Shown: positions 12,337-25,453 of the stretch, in pieces
How the letters are laid out: the number at the start of each line of letters is the position of its first letter
Position numbering within the stretch: the stretch's first letter is position 1
Assembly: GCF_006345805.1 (NCBI RefSeq)
Contig: NC_042998.1
Coordinates: 10,478,001 to 10,542,000, forward strand
Length of the DNA stretch: 64,000 bases
Direction of reading: 5' to 3'
Source of the DNA: Octopus sinensis
Lineage: Eukaryota
Notes under the pieces: model-generated
Seen by the model: the letters and a program-made list of their open reading frames with translations, nothing else
Told to the model about the DNA's origin: nothing
The model's database searches: none
Made by a program: the position numbers and the translations under genes

Positions 12337-12340
<4 letters not shown>
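12125..12340 (+). mobile_element. (TA)n-flanked PLE-type terminal-repeat fragment containing a hammerhead motif
   Basis: Flanked by (TA)n on both sides; related to the 55.3-57.8 kb units (gagc...gctcgaaacgt). Confidence 0.6.
12204..12238 (+). ncRNA. Minimal type I hammerhead ribozyme motif (core CCGACGA)
   Basis: GUUU-CCGACGA-A-GAGC ucc GCUC-GAAA-CG-UU-AAAC: stem I GUUU/AAAC, stem II GAGC/GCUC, palindromic stem III. Confidence 0.65.
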
Positions 12341-12387
<47 letters not shown>

Positions 12388-12548
12388 TGGGAGAGACCGG
12401 TTTATGGGATTACCTTAGGTTTCCCGTCCATAAAGGGTTTAGTTTTATGGCGTATCGTCGTATCCCCAAAATCTGTTGGCCCATTCCACAATTCTTAAAC
12501 GATGTTTATACATCGATTCTATACAAGACTACACACATACAGAAAGAA

Positions 12549-12593
<45 letters not shown>

Positions 12594-12888
12594 AAAGAAA
12601 AAAGAGAAAGAGGGAGTGAGATAGATAGGTAGATAGATAACAACATACACATTCACACACTCACATAACTACATAATTAAATAGATAATGTGCGTGTGTC
12701 TGTGTGTTGTTTAAAGACCGGATACTCATTCTAGTATTTATATTTATATAATCACATTATCTATCTCATTAGTGAACACTTCCACATCCTATACTGTTCC
12801 ACGAATGAAAATATACGCTTTAAAATGCAAATCATAGGATCTTTATTCTTTCAAACGGAATTAGACTTTGTGTTTATTAACAGTATAT

Positions 12889-13105
12889 TTTCACAGAAAG
12901 CACGATAATAGAAAAAGATCATTAAACATATAAAATAGCAAATTATTGTGGAAAAGCCCATATCTGCCTCATTAAGGAAGCATTAAAAAAAAAAAAACAA
13001 GGAAAAGGATGTAGATTAAGCTGCAGAAAATTGAGGGAGTAGAGTTGTACATCCCGGAACGAATGTATGTATGTGTGTATTTATGTATGAATGTATGATG
13101 TGTGT
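12889..13105. repeat. Left arm of a ~220-bp inverted repeat (partner 14095-14323)
   Basis: Reverse-complement match including tgtacatcccggaacgaatg / cattcgttccgggatgtaca. Confidence 0.92.
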
Positions 13106-13204
13106 GTCTGTACGTAAATGCATAGAGATGCGTATGTGTGTGTGTGTGTGTGTGTGTGTGTACGTAAATGCATAGAGATGCGTATGTGTGTGTGTGTGTG
13201 GGGG

Positions 13205-14094
13205 GGGGGCACGAGTGAAAGGGCTTTGCCGCGGACACTCGCTGCAGCAGCCACTACACCGTGCAGGGTTCACTTCTCAGACGGGCGCAGTTATCACGAT
13301 TTTGCGGAGAAAACCAGCAGGGTGGGATCTGAGGACACCTGAGGTGTCGTCAGCGACCGGCAGATACAGATAACGGCTGGTCGGGCCCCCTTTTTTCTTT
13401 ATTTTTTTTTCTAACTTCCCAGGTTTGCGGCCGATGTAGTAAAACTGGAGAGCGTGTCATAACACGTCAAGTCTCAGATTAGGGATCTATCTTCCTCGCA
13501 TGGAAAGAGAATTACACCGTTGGGGTGCTTACCATCCCCGCAGTCAAGTCCTACTGGCTCCAGTTGTAATGGGAAGTCAGCCGCATCGAGGCCCCTTCTA
13601 ATTATGTGTCATTCAGAGTAGCGTGTCGGTGGAACTGGCCCGCGTTATGACAGTTGGATAATGAACGAAGGCGGAATCCATCGACTACCGCCCCGCAACG
13701 GCCTTTGTGCTACTCAGACGCGCGGAGACCGAGATGCCGGGCCACCCCGGTACGAGTTTACTCATCACTGGTTGATGAGAAGGGAATCGAATTGAGTCAC
13801 GTGGCGCTGTTTTGCTGCGAAGCGGGACCGAGGCAGGTGAGACGGTGATGGTGTTAGTTCTCAATCTACCCGAAGGAAGACTTGCATATAATGTCGTCCC
13901 AGTTACGTTGGGCATTTGTATTCTGGGCGACGGCAAGGCTATCAACGGTCCAATCGGCGAGAGCTGACACCAGTTCCTGGGCTACATTGTGTTCAGTCAT
14001 CCGCGGAGTACCTCGCCGATGAAGGTGCGGCTGAAGGAGATTGAGGTAAAATAGGCCAGCAGAGCCAGGTTCAATGCGGAATGGAGGAAGCCAT
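13205..14094 (-). mobile_element. CRE-clade non-LTR element, 3' part with RLE endonuclease, degenerate
   Basis: Minus-strand pieces QRNWDDII, CGAVVDG, RHATLND, LEPVGLDCGDGKHPNGVILFP, DLTCYDTLS, YLYLPVADDTSGVL, VRGKALS match the CRE-type RLE (PD..D) pattern. Confidence 0.8.
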
Positions 14095-14323
14095 CACACA
14101 TCATACATCATACATACATAAATATATACATATATACATTCGTTCCGGGATGTACAACTCTACTCCCTCAATTTTCTGCAGCTTAATCTACATCCTTTTC
14201 TTTGTTTGTTTTTGTTTTTGTTTTTTTTTTGCTTCCTTAATGAGGCAGATATGGGCTTTTCCACAATAATTTGCTATTTTATATGTTTCATGATCTTTTT
14301 CTATTATTGTGCTTTCTGTGAAA
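14095..14323. repeat. Right arm of the inverted repeat, lodged inside the CRE element
   Basis: See 12889-13105. Confidence 0.92.
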
Positions 14324-14870
14324 TGAGTGTTCAGCATGGTGACCTTCTTAGTCCACTCGTTTTTTACGTTGGTTGTCGATGATGTTGCCCGTTCATTCGG
14401 CTCGCCCTTCAATGTCGCTACCCTGGGTAGCTCGTTTGAACCTGTAATTGGGTTATCCTATTCCTAAAGCTTCTTTGACTTGAGATCAACCAGTCCAAGT
14501 CAGAGGTGTGCTACGGTAAGGCTGACTTTCAGGATGTCGTACTCAGCATGCAGTCCGTCTTGGCTGGGGCTCGGCTGACATCAAGGGTTAGCGTCTGCAT
14601 TCTTGGCTCCCTAATCCTCCCAAAATCCATAACAGAGTGTCTGGAGAACAAGCTTGCGAACGTATGCAAGATAACTGAGGGATTGCGCCTCATTGACATG
14701 CACCCAGCGCTCTTCCTCTGGAGGTATTGTTTTATCCTGCCTAAGCTCCTTTACGCAGTACGCCTGGTCATCCTCTACCAGATCGCCTCACCGATATCGG
14801 TGGCTAGAGCTGTTGTCAGCAGCCGTGAGTGTGCTGAGTGTTCCATAGGAGAGGTATGCAAATGGGTCTA
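14324..14870 (+). mobile_element. CRE-clade RT fragment, inverted relative to its own 3' part
   Basis: VQHGDLLSPL..LVVDDVARSFGSPFNV and ILGSLI...LENKL...LRLIDMHPALFLWRYCFILPKLLYAVR, typical of CRE RT and thumb. Confidence 0.8.
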
Positions 14871-15167
14871 ATGAGAGAGTACACCTTAGACACGTCTCTA
14901 AGATGTATTCACGTCTAATGCCGTTGAAAGCGTTACTGAAAAAGACACACAACTGTAGATCTATATGAACAGTTTATCTGAACATTTTTGACTGAGTTGG
15001 CAGTAACTCAGTAGTATTTTTGGAAGTATTTTTGTAGCTCAGTAGTATTTTTGTAAGCGTAATAAGTATATAAATATATTTTTAATATCTAAAGAAACAC
15101 ACTCCTCTCTTCTGCTCCCCGACTATGCAACTCAAAACATTCACATATGTCTGCACGTTTTACTTAC

Positions 15168-15248
15168 AAATTTGTAGAGTTCATCAAAGATTTTTCAATT
15201 GCCAACTGTAGAACCAAAGGCTCTTTGTAGACCGTTGTATGCATACAG
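15168..15248 (-). CDS. Candidate internal exon (81 nt, phase 2-2): CMHTTVYKEPLVLQLAIEKSLMNSTN
   Basis: Branch and acceptor ctaatttacag|, donor |gtaagt, single open frame, length a multiple of 3. Confidence 0.35.
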
Positions 15249-15878
15249 CTGTAAATTAGTAGAACTTACAGCATTTAAACACAAGTGGTTCCCTTACTGG
15301 TTACAGTTATTACAAGGGAGATGATCATTTCGTCATGATGTTAGTCAGGATTAGACATTTGAAATTGAAATTAAGAGCTCACAAAGAAAAAGATGCATAA
15401 AATTCACGTTTGGTATATTTTATTTACTTATTTAAGTAATTCTTAAAATTTCTAATCAGCAATCATGGATAACACTATTTCATTCGGTTTAGAAAGCGTC
15501 AACATGACATAGCTTATAACACATTAAACATTTTATAAAGTGAAACGTTTCATTAAAGATGAAAATAATTATAGTCTGAAAGTAATTCACGGAATCAGAT
15601 TTTTTTTTCCTTTCCTTCGGAGATCATTAGTAGATCTGGAATCGAGAGTTTAGGCAAACTTTTGTACTGAGATATTTATTTTCCACGTACTAGATAGATA
15701 GTTAAGCTTCGGCATTGATTAACTTAATGGCATGATCCAGACGAAGCCTAACTTATTAGAACGACGACTAACACCAAGAATGCCATTTTTGGTACATTCG
15801 TACCAAATTGATACTTTTGACTCTGTCTTGATACGTTTGGTACGACACTCTGACAATTCGATTTTATTCAAAGCTATA

Positions 15879-16377
15879 TCTATATATATAAAACTCTAGT
15901 TGTGTGAGTGTCTGTCCCCTTCGATTTAGATTCCTAACTCCTCCCACATTTTGCGGTGCAGTTTAACCAAATTCGGGTATCTTATAGTCGTGATTCATAT
16001 CGAGCCCGTCTGACGCGTGTCAACGATGAGTCTACGATTTTAAAAATAATTTAACATAATTTTTTATTCCATTTTAATGCATAAAATGCATCGTGTGTCG
16101 ATGGCGGCGGAGTTGGCGTCCATGCTCACAGCTGCACCTGTTTGCTTCTCCCCCTTCCCTCCCTCGTGAAGCTGTGGGGAAGGGAGTGTAAAGAAATCAA
16201 CGTCGTAATGCGTTGTGAAGGAAACCAGTGTTCTTTTAGAACAACGACTTCATGGCTTGAAGACACCAAAACAAAAATGGCTAAGAAAGCCCGAATTTAT
16301 AAGGGAAGTAACTCTCTAAAAATGCTTATATAGTTATTTCCCTTACAAACCCGAGCAACGCCGGGCGATACTGCTAG
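15879..16377 (+). mobile_element. Non-autonomous Helitron, long variant A
   Basis: 5' A|TC start, 3' hairpin cccgagcaacgccggg followed by CTAG|T, no TSD. Confidence 0.88.
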
Positions 16378-16754
16378 TCTTTATATATAAAAGTGAGGTT
16401 GTGTCTGTCTCCTACGATTTAGATTCCTAACTACTCCCACATTTTGCGGTGCAGTTTAACCAAAACAGGGTATCTTATAGTCGTGATTCATATCGAGCCC
16501 TTCTGGGTATTAGCGCGCGTCTACGATGAGTCTACGATTTAAAAAAAAATAACCATAATTTTTTCCATTTTAATGCATTTTTTCGCTATTTTTCTAAAAA
16601 TGTCTACGATAAGTCAACGATTAAAAAAAAATTTACCATAATTTTTTTTCAATTTTTAATGCATTTTTTTGCTATTTTTTGGCTATAACTCTCTAAAAAT
16701 GCTTATATAGTTATTTCCCTTACAAACCCGAGCAACGCTGGGCGATACTGCTAG
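16378..16754 (+). mobile_element. Non-autonomous Helitron, short variant B
   Basis: Starts TCTTTATATATAAA directly after the CTAG of the previous copy; same 3' hairpin and CTAG. Confidence 0.88.
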
Positions 16755-16827
16755 TTTTATATAATAGAAAATCGATCCCTATATTATATTTTGCTTTGCT
16801 TTCCGCAAGGAATTTACAAACATTTCT

Positions 16828-16907
<80 letters not shown>

Positions 16908-16998
16908 TGTATGGGAGCCAGTGTTTTCCTTGAAACGTTTCAAGCTTTGTACAAAAGATATATGATTCTCAAATTCCAGTGTTGAATTTATATGTTAA

Positions 16999-17393
16999 CT
17001 AGCAGTATCGCCCGGCGTTGCTCGGGTTTGTAAAGGAAATAACTATATAAGCATTTTTAGAGATGTAAAGTATAATAGCCATCTAAATATGGCTAACCAC
17101 AAAGGGGAGGGGTGTTACTGTAGCTTTTTACGTTCTGAGATTTCATAATACATTTTTAGAGAGTTACTTCCCTTATATATGCCAAAAATGCATTAAAAAT
17201 GGGAAAAAATGATGGTAAATTTTTTTTTAAATCGTAGACTCATCGTAGACGCGCGCTAATACCCAGAAGGGCTCGATATGAATCACGACTATAAGATACC
17301 CGGTTTTGGTTAAACTGCACCACAAAATGTGGGAGTAGTTAGGAATCTAAATCGTAGGAGACAGACACACAACTTCACTTTTGTATATAAAGA
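16999..17393 (-). mobile_element. Non-autonomous Helitron, short variant B'
   Basis: ctagcagtatcgcccggcgttgctcggg at 16999; 5' TC end at 17393. Confidence 0.88.
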
Positions 17394-17906
17394 TTAGCAG
17401 TATCGCCCGGCGTTGCTCGGGTTTTTAAGGGAAATAACTATATAAGCATTTTTAGAGAGTTACTTCCCTTATAGATGCCAATTCGGGCTTTCTTAGCCAT
17501 TTCTGTTTTGGTGTCTTCAAGCCATGAAGTCGTTGTTCTAAAAGAACGCTGGTCTCCTTGACAACGCTTTACGACGTTGATTTCCTTACACTCCCTTCCC
17601 CACAGCTTCACGAGGGAGGGAAGAAGGGGGAGAAGCAAACAGGTGCAGGTGTGACCATGGACGCCAACTCCGCCGCCATCGACACACGAAAAATTATGCA
17701 TTAAAATGGAATAAAAAATGATGTTAAATTATTTTTTAAATCGTAGACTCATCGTATACGCGCGGTAATGCTCAGAAGGGCTCGATATGAATCACGACTA
17801 TAAGATACCTGAATTTGGTTAAACTGCACCGCAAAATGTGGGAGTAGTTAGGAATCTAAATCGAAGGGGACAGACACTCACACAACTACAGTTTTATATA
17901 TAAAGA
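17394..17906 (-). mobile_element. Non-autonomous Helitron, long variant A
   Basis: Contains the same GC-rich internal block as 15879-16377; 3' end CTAA abuts the 5' TC of the B' copy. Confidence 0.88.
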
Positions 17907-18077
17907 TATTGTAAAACAAATGTTTCATCACATTCTGACTGATGAAATGTTTGATTGTTTGAACGCATGGGACGTTTGATAGTTTGTTACTTACGGAACA
18001 TAACACTATGTCATTTTACATGTAATAAGTTTCCAACATAATAGAACAGCCATTTGTGTAGATCAACAAGGAGTGGG

Positions 18078-18130
<53 letters not shown>

Positions 18131-18533
18131 AGAGAGAAAGAGAGAAAGAGAGAGAAATGCTTGTAAATTTCTAGTATCACCGATACTAGAAAAAAAACTC
18201 TAGAAAAGTTTTATAACATTTCTCAAAAGAAGCACAAGATAAGTCTCCATTATCCCCAATTATCCAGTTTAACGGTTAATCTGCTTTTATTAAGTCGTAC
18301 AATATTTTCAGCTCTTAATTAAAGTAAAAAATCGCTAATATAATGGAAACCTCTACTATTAGTGAACTTGTGTACACAAAAGGATTAGTGGCAAACGGCA
18401 ATAGTATTAAGTGAGTCCTGTTTGAAAACCTGTTACGATGAAAATGTAGCAGTTTCTGGTTTTTAGAAGTTGAGGTGAGTCTGATTAGGATAATATATTT
18501 TTAGTGCTTAACATGGTTTTCTTGATTTGTATA

Positions 18534-18589
<56 letters not shown>

Positions 18590-18792
18590 CATATACACAG
18601 ATACATACAGCACTTATATTTATGTGTGCGTGTGGGTGTTTATATATATGTATGTATAAATTTGTATATGTATATCGAGTCCGTAAGTGCAGAGGGCGGT
18701 ATTGATAATAATTTTGTTGAGAAAGTTTTCAGCAATAGTTTCAGTATCAAGTAAAATATGTATGTATGTATGTATGTACTTATGTATGTATG

Positions 18793-18826
<34 letters not shown>

Positions 18827-19606
18827 TGTATGTATGTATGTTATGTAATATGGATACCTGGTGTTGATCCTTTGAGGTGCTTACGTATTCACGTTTACTC
18901 ACACCTGCTTACGCAGTCGTATAGAACTGACATGATTATTGTATATACACGCTTTCAATTTCTGGACAGTTTATTAAATAAAATGCTAAGGGATAACTTG
19001 CAGTTCCAGTTAACTCTAGTATATAGATACATACAAGTATTTGTTTGTTTGTATGTGGGATGTTTATCTTAGTGTATGTGCATATGTGTTTTGCAAAGGG
19101 TTTGTGATAATTGATATGAAATATTTTAATAAATGTGATGGTGCATTAACCCTTAAACAGCAAGAAAAGACTGCATGAATGTTTTTACCTATGTTTGGAG
19201 GGAACAAAAACAGAAAAGGATTTTTATACTTATTTTCACTTTAAAAACAAACTATGAAAATAATATTTTAACTCTCTAAGGTTATAAAAAATTAAGACAA
19301 AAGGGCAACAAATTCATTTGAGCAAAAATTCATTTGAGATTCCCGCATTGAAGTTGTCAAACAAATATACAAATGGAGAAAGATCGGTACAGTTTTTCCG
19401 TTTGGAGCTAGTTGAGGTATCACACTTCATTCTGTGCTATCTAGAGCGGCATCATCATCTACTTCATCTGACGATGAAAGAAAATCAGAAAAATCTTCCG
19501 TTCCGCTGTATAAATATTCCATTTGCAACTTGATACACTTACGTGCATTTGATGAAGTAGACACCCAGACGTCAATCGAGGATGATCATATCCATGTATA
19601 TTTTTA

Positions 19607-19705
19607 AAACATCAATTGATGATGTCCACTGTTCTCGACTGGAACATCAATCGATAATGTCCGCCGTTCTTTAATGAAACATCAGTCGATGATGTCCACC
19701 CTTTA
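19607..19705. repeat. 35-bp minisatellite (about 2.7 copies) with palindromic core
   Basis: acatcaa(t/g)(t/c)gat(g/a)atgtcc recurs at an exact 35-bp period. Confidence 0.75.
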
Positions 19706-19853
19706 AAGCTTAAACTATATATTTAAACGATATACAGAACAATGAACACATGCTCCTCTCTCTCTTCCACTTTTTCTTCTACATCACCAACATCATGATG
19801 ATTGTCATCAACATCAACAACAAAATAACAAATTAGCAAAAACATGACCTTAC

Positions 19854-19896
19854 CTTTAGGCGATGTTTTTTAATTATGTTCCTACCTCTCACACTG
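19854..19896 (-). CDS. Candidate internal exon (43 nt): SVRGRNIIKKHRLK
   Basis: Strong acceptor ccttgtttccacag| and donor AAG|gtaagg; only one open frame. Confidence 0.35.
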
Positions 19897-20059
19897 CTGT
19901 GGAAACAAGGTTAACAACACTGAATGTTTAAATGTTACCTCTATGCTATCAACGTATAAGATAAGAGGGTGAAAAAACTTGAGAAAGCACTTGAGTCCCT
20001 GTCGTACTTTGAATTTATTTGTTTTTCATGTTGTTTTATTATTTTTTAAAAATTCTTTT

Positions 20060-20275
20060 ATTTGTTTCAGTCATTTAACTTCAGCCATGCTGGATCACCG
20101 TCTTGGGGGATTTTAGTCGAACAAATCGACCCCAGGGCTTATTTTTGAGACTTGGTACTTATTCTATCGATCTTTTTTTGCCGAACATTGCTAAGTTACG
20201 GGGACGTAAACACACCAGCAGCGGTTGTCAAGCGGTGATAGGGGACAAATACATACTCACACAAATAAATAAATA
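20060..20275 (-). mobile_element. SINE family A, 3' half, diverged
   Basis: tttgtttcagtcatt...gtacttattctatcg...acacaccagca matches the family A 3' module. Confidence 0.75.
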
Positions 20276-20288
20276 TATATATACGTAT

Positions 20289-20600
20289 GGAGGCGCAATG
20301 GCTCAGTGGTTAGGGCAGCGGACTCGCGGTCGTAGGATCGCGGTTTCGATTCCCAGACCGGGCGTTGTGAGTGTTTATTGAGCGAAAACACCTAAAAGCT
20401 CCACGAGGCTCCGGCAGGAGATGGTGGTGATCCCTGCTGTACTCTTTCACCACTCTTTCTCTCACTCTTTCGTCTGTTGGTCTGCTCGCTTAGCCAGCGG
20501 GGTGGCGTCATTTGAAGGCTAAAACAATGCGAACGCATTGTGACCAGCGGTGTGTAACAACATCTGATGGTCTGGTCGGTCTCGGTCTCGTGATCGTGAT
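20289..20600 (+). mobile_element. SINE with family C head and body type 3
   Basis: Head near-identical to 8801 up to ...ctctcactcttt, then an unrelated body. Confidence 0.85.
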
Positions 20601-20906
20601 ATATACATATATACACACACACACACCACACACACACACACACACACAATTACACACACATACATATATATACTACTAATAAGTAGATGAAATCCGCATG
20701 AATCATCGAATAACTTATACTATTTTGTTTTCTATGTCACGTTTCTGCATACAATTTTCCCGGTGACTGCTTTGCCTTTCATCCCTTTGCAAATCATATA
20801 AGTATCAATGATACTTGTATTAAAATATTGAATTTGATAAATTAAAATTTCCTTGTACTTTGCATATGATATATCATTACAGATATATTTAACTTTGATT
20901 AGCTAA

Positions 20907-21132
20907 GGCGGTGAGCTGGCAGAAACGTTAGCACGGCGAAATGCTCAGCAGTATTTCGTCTGCCGCTACGTTCTGAGTTCAAATTCCGCCGAGGTCGACT
21001 TTGCCTTTCATCCTTTCGGGGTCGATTAAATAAGTACCAGTTACGCACTGGGGTCGATATAATCGACTTAATCCGTTTGTCTGTCCTTGTTTGTCCCTTC
21101 TGTGTTTAGCCCCTTGAGGGTAGTAAAGAAAT
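20907..21132 (+). mobile_element. SINE family B (ggcggcgagctggcagaa...gaggtcgactttgcctttcatcc...aaagaaata)
   Basis: A box ggcagaaacg, B box gagttcaaattcc; several copies in the window; followed by a diverged relative at about 21140-21290. Confidence 0.88.
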
Positions 21133-22629
21133 AAGAATTGTTAGTCACTGAAAAAATGCTTTGCGATATTTCTTCTGGATTTTTATGGTCTGATTTCAAA
21201 TCCCGCCGAGGTCTTCTGTATTCGTTATCCGTCTCAAGTCAATAAAATAAAGTACCAATCAAGTTGATTTAATCGATTACATCTTCACTACCTCCCAAAT
21301 GTATCAACGTTAGACATCAGGTATATTAAGATCCAGTTAATTTACTGCACAGCCTTACACAAGTCAGCTTTGTACGATGTCAAAATAAATCTATGTTTGT
21401 TAACTTTGACGTCATGTATATTATTTATGACCTCACGATTCGACTTCGAATACTTTATTTTCTTAATCAACTCTTTCGTTGTAGGAGTTCCTTGAAATAT
21501 CTTAATCAAAAATTAAAAAAAGACTCAAGAAAACTGCAAAGGTTCATTTACTTAAAAACAAAAATATATGAAAAATAGAACAAGGAAATCTATTAAATTA
21601 AATAACTAAGATATTTCACTGTGAGATCAGGTAATTGCATTTCCTTTATTGAAAAAATATGTACTATTAAAATTTCTCTTTTATTATCATTTTACTGGTT
21701 TCAATCATTGAACTGTGGTCATACTGTAGCACTGCCTTCAATGGTTAAGATGATATTGTTGACTACAATATCTATTTCACTCGGGTACTTATTTTAGTGG
21801 TGTCTATTTGTGGAACTTCTGATTGTAGAGGAATGCTCACATACCCTACAACGCATTTCAGATCAAGAATGCAAAGGAAAACACACAGGCGCTCGCGCGC
21901 GCGTGCACAAATACACCCACGCGTGCGCACACATGTTCAACGAACTTCTGAACGGTTCCTGTCAACTACACACTATATTAATGAAAAAAGGGGATGGAAT
22001 AGAAGACACTGGTACCATTTGCTAAGCAATGGGGGTCGAACTCGGAACAATGTGGTTGGAAAGCGAACTTCAACCCCAGTCACATTTTTTAATTAATATT
22101 TTTGTTTAGCCCGACGAGGTCGACTTTGCCTTTCATCCTTTCAGGGTCGATAAAATAAGTACCAGTTACTTACTGGGGCCGATCTAATCGACTGACCCCT
22201 TCCCCCAAAATTTCGGGCCTTGTGCCTAGAGTAGACAAGAATATTTTTACATAGAGTGATGGACTTGTAGAATCGCTAAGAGCGTCGTGCAAAATGCCAC
22301 ACGGTACCTGTTCAAACCCTACTTTCTAAGTTCCAGAGCTACGATGACAGCTTTTTCTTTCATTCCTTCTGTGCCATCGTAATAAAGTACGAAGCAAGTA
22401 CTGGATGAGTATAATTCACTAACCTCTCCCCACAAATTTCAGCTCTTTTACCTTTATTAGAAACAATTTATATTTCTTTTTGTAACTAAAATGAGGACAG
22501 AAATTATATTTTCCTACAAAAGAATCCGCTTCGTAATTATTTCATTGTTAAAAATATCAGCCAAATAATTTTGAAAGCTTATCCCAATGCCTTAAAAAGG
22601 AACAAAACAGACAGAATACCGCATTTCTA

Positions 22630-22801
<172 letters not shown>

Positions 22802-25453
22802 TATATTGTGTGAAATTTGATTTAGTATTTCTAAATTGAATTTTTTCCCTGTAAGTTTGGATTTATATTCCCTCAAATAATAATTATTATATATATATAT
22901 AATAGATAGATAAATGACAAGATGGCTACAATTCTAATGCCTCTAATCATTGGTTTGCTATAGGAGACTGACCCAAGGCTACCAACGACGGTAAAGGAAA
23001 CTGTACATGGTAGATCGACCCGTTAGAAACGAACGACTAAATACTTCTTAAATCACGCCATTTTCGTCTTAAGGTAAGAACAAATTTATTCTGTATAACT
23101 ATTAGTAAACAGTAGCGACATTTTTTTACTGATTTGCAACAGGGCAAGCATTAGTTCTTACATTTCTGGTGCCAAGATCAACTGGAGAGTGTATTAGTAA
23201 TCAGTGTAGAACAAATATCACTCGAGACTTCATTTAAAAGCACCGGTTCTTCGGTTTTCTCGTCGATCTTAACATTTTTCGTCAATATATATTCCCGATA
23301 ATGTAGTCCTTGATACATAAGAAACACAAGATGATCATGGAACGCCTGTAATGATAGGCTTTTTTGGATCAGGTTTGAGAAGCAGATAAAAAGGGGAAAA
23401 GAACGATAACTACCATTGCTACAACTAAGAGGTAAGCAATGGGATCTTTAGAGTAATTCCTGAAATACATTCGGTGTTTATCTTTGCATACTTTCAGAGC
23501 CAAGATGATGTTAGAATCAATAATTTACAGAATAAGTAGCTTAGAGAGATGCAGTTCATATCCTGCATACATAGCCTAGACACTTAGTCCTCAAAGGGAG
23601 ATTGAGGCTGTTAGTGAAAGCTTAAACAGCAAGTGAACATTATAGTCAATCTAACTTTCTAAAGAAATCACTGAAATATAATTGCCGGGATCCTAAAATT
23701 AATTGGCTGCAATATAGCTGAGTATATTGATCGAATTCTCTTAATACTTGCCACTCTAATCCTTGTAAAGGAAAGAAACGAATGAGCGATCCGTTGGAAG
23801 CCTGTTACCAACGACTCTGTTGTTCATAAACTGCTTCATACAATATATTCATATGGTACGTTCCGCTACCAAGGATCATGCTATTGTCAGAAAATGAAGT
23901 TGTTTCTCTCATAATTGCCTTTACTGAAAAGAACAATATTCGTCTCAATCAAATAGACCTAAGCTAATCGGGGTAACGAATGAGCTTTTACGTGGTCGCA
24001 TATGCCTTGAAGGTATCCTCAATGAGATCAAAAGAACTCATAAAAGTGAGGACTCTACATGAACATACAACCTGTTAGAAATAACAGCAACATCTCCATA
24101 ACGATTACGGAAACAACACTTTTGGTGTCTTGATAACATGGTTTCCTTGAGGCTGTGATAGAATGCCATAGGGAGTATGCAGTAAATTCGAACTCCGAGC
24201 CAAACGGTTGCGAAGCGAAATTAAGCATACAACTAGGCCTGCGTGTATAATTTTCATGTACACATCTATTAAGGATTTATTGAAACCAGCGATATTTAAA
24301 TAATGCATGAAGTATTTACAATGGTACCACAGGAAAAGAGGTGACAGAAGTAAAGTCCTCGCAATTGACACATGTGTGTGTGTGCATATATGTACTCTTG
24401 TGTATTTGTGGGCTTATTTGTCCGTCCGTGTCTGTGTGTAACTGTGGACGTAATGTGTAATCGATGCCAAAATATACTTTCTCCTTTAGAGTTTATTCCA
24501 GGCATGAAACTGATTCGTAGACTTAAATCATTTTCAGTGGTGGCTCGTAGATAAAATTAGTGGGGGGCTGCTACAGAAAATGTTTAGCCGTCGTTTTTAT
24601 ATTGTGTAAAGGGAAACAAACATATGAAAAGAAAATTTATACATAAACTTGATAGGTTCGCGTTTTAGCCACTGCCGAGTAGTGTGTTTAATTTGTTCAC
24701 TGAACACTGCCGCGAATTCCCCATTGTTTTTTCAAAAATCACTCCCTAAATCACAAAATAAGGGGCGGGAATGTGCCCTATTTTTCAAATCCTGGCAGCA
24801 ACACTGGAGCTGGAAGCAGGATAATAATCTAATTCTACACTTTATAACATTGAAGAATATAAACACAATTTTAAGCACAATACACACGGAGTCAAAAAAA
24901 GACATTACCTTTCACCAGCACACCAGGGTCGGTACTGAGTGAACCACAGCGCTCTCTTTTCCTAGCATGCAGCTTCCTATCTCGGACATGTGAGCCTGCG
25001 CACAACAGCCAAACACCGCGTCGCTGGAACTGTGAATCGCAGAGTTCTATACAGGGATTTTTTTTTTTCCATAAACTAGGAGATGGCTACTGACATTAAA
25101 CTTAAGGATTATATAATGTACAAGTATAAAGAAAGAATTAAAGAAAAAAGGACGCATTATATTGAATGTTATCGATAATATCGAGTGGAAATAGGGTTGC
25201 TGCAGTTCCGCTGTGCCACCACTGGGCATTATAAGCCTGTTTCAAATGTTTAGTGCTCGTCTATGAAACAATCAATAAGGTGCAACTGCTTCGTAGTTGT
25301 TATAGGACGAATGTGAGTCCTCAATGATAAGGGAACTAAGCCTATGTTTTCAGGACGACACCAAAATACAACTGTGAAGGCAAATTGAAGTAGAAATAAC
25401 GAAATAATACATGGGGGTAGATGTAGGATACGAACAGTCGTCAGTTACTTTAC

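Noticed and set aside
12392-12445. Hammerhead-like stem II plus TAAA-CCGG-TC on the minus strand
   Set aside because: Core and GAAA are both degenerate; at most a dead relic. The same holds for 57404-57440 and 31515-31545.
13385-13412. Poly-T run as the poly(A) tail of the CRE element
   Set aside because: RLE-like coding motifs continue beyond it to about 13205, so it is an internal A-rich expansion.
19607-19705. CRISPR-like repeat-spacer appearance
   Set aside because: Only about 3 units, spacers about 15 nt, repeats not identical, eukaryotic context and no cas genes.
23178-23345. 55-codon splice-acceptor-led ORF (AFHDHLVFLMYQGLHYREY...) as a terminal exon
   Set aside because: No recognisable homology, and it conflicts with downstream exon candidates; not supportable without RNA data.
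23370-23560. Plus-strand 66-nt GT-AG mini-intron at about 23432-23497
   Set aside because: The upstream putative exon has stops in all three frames.
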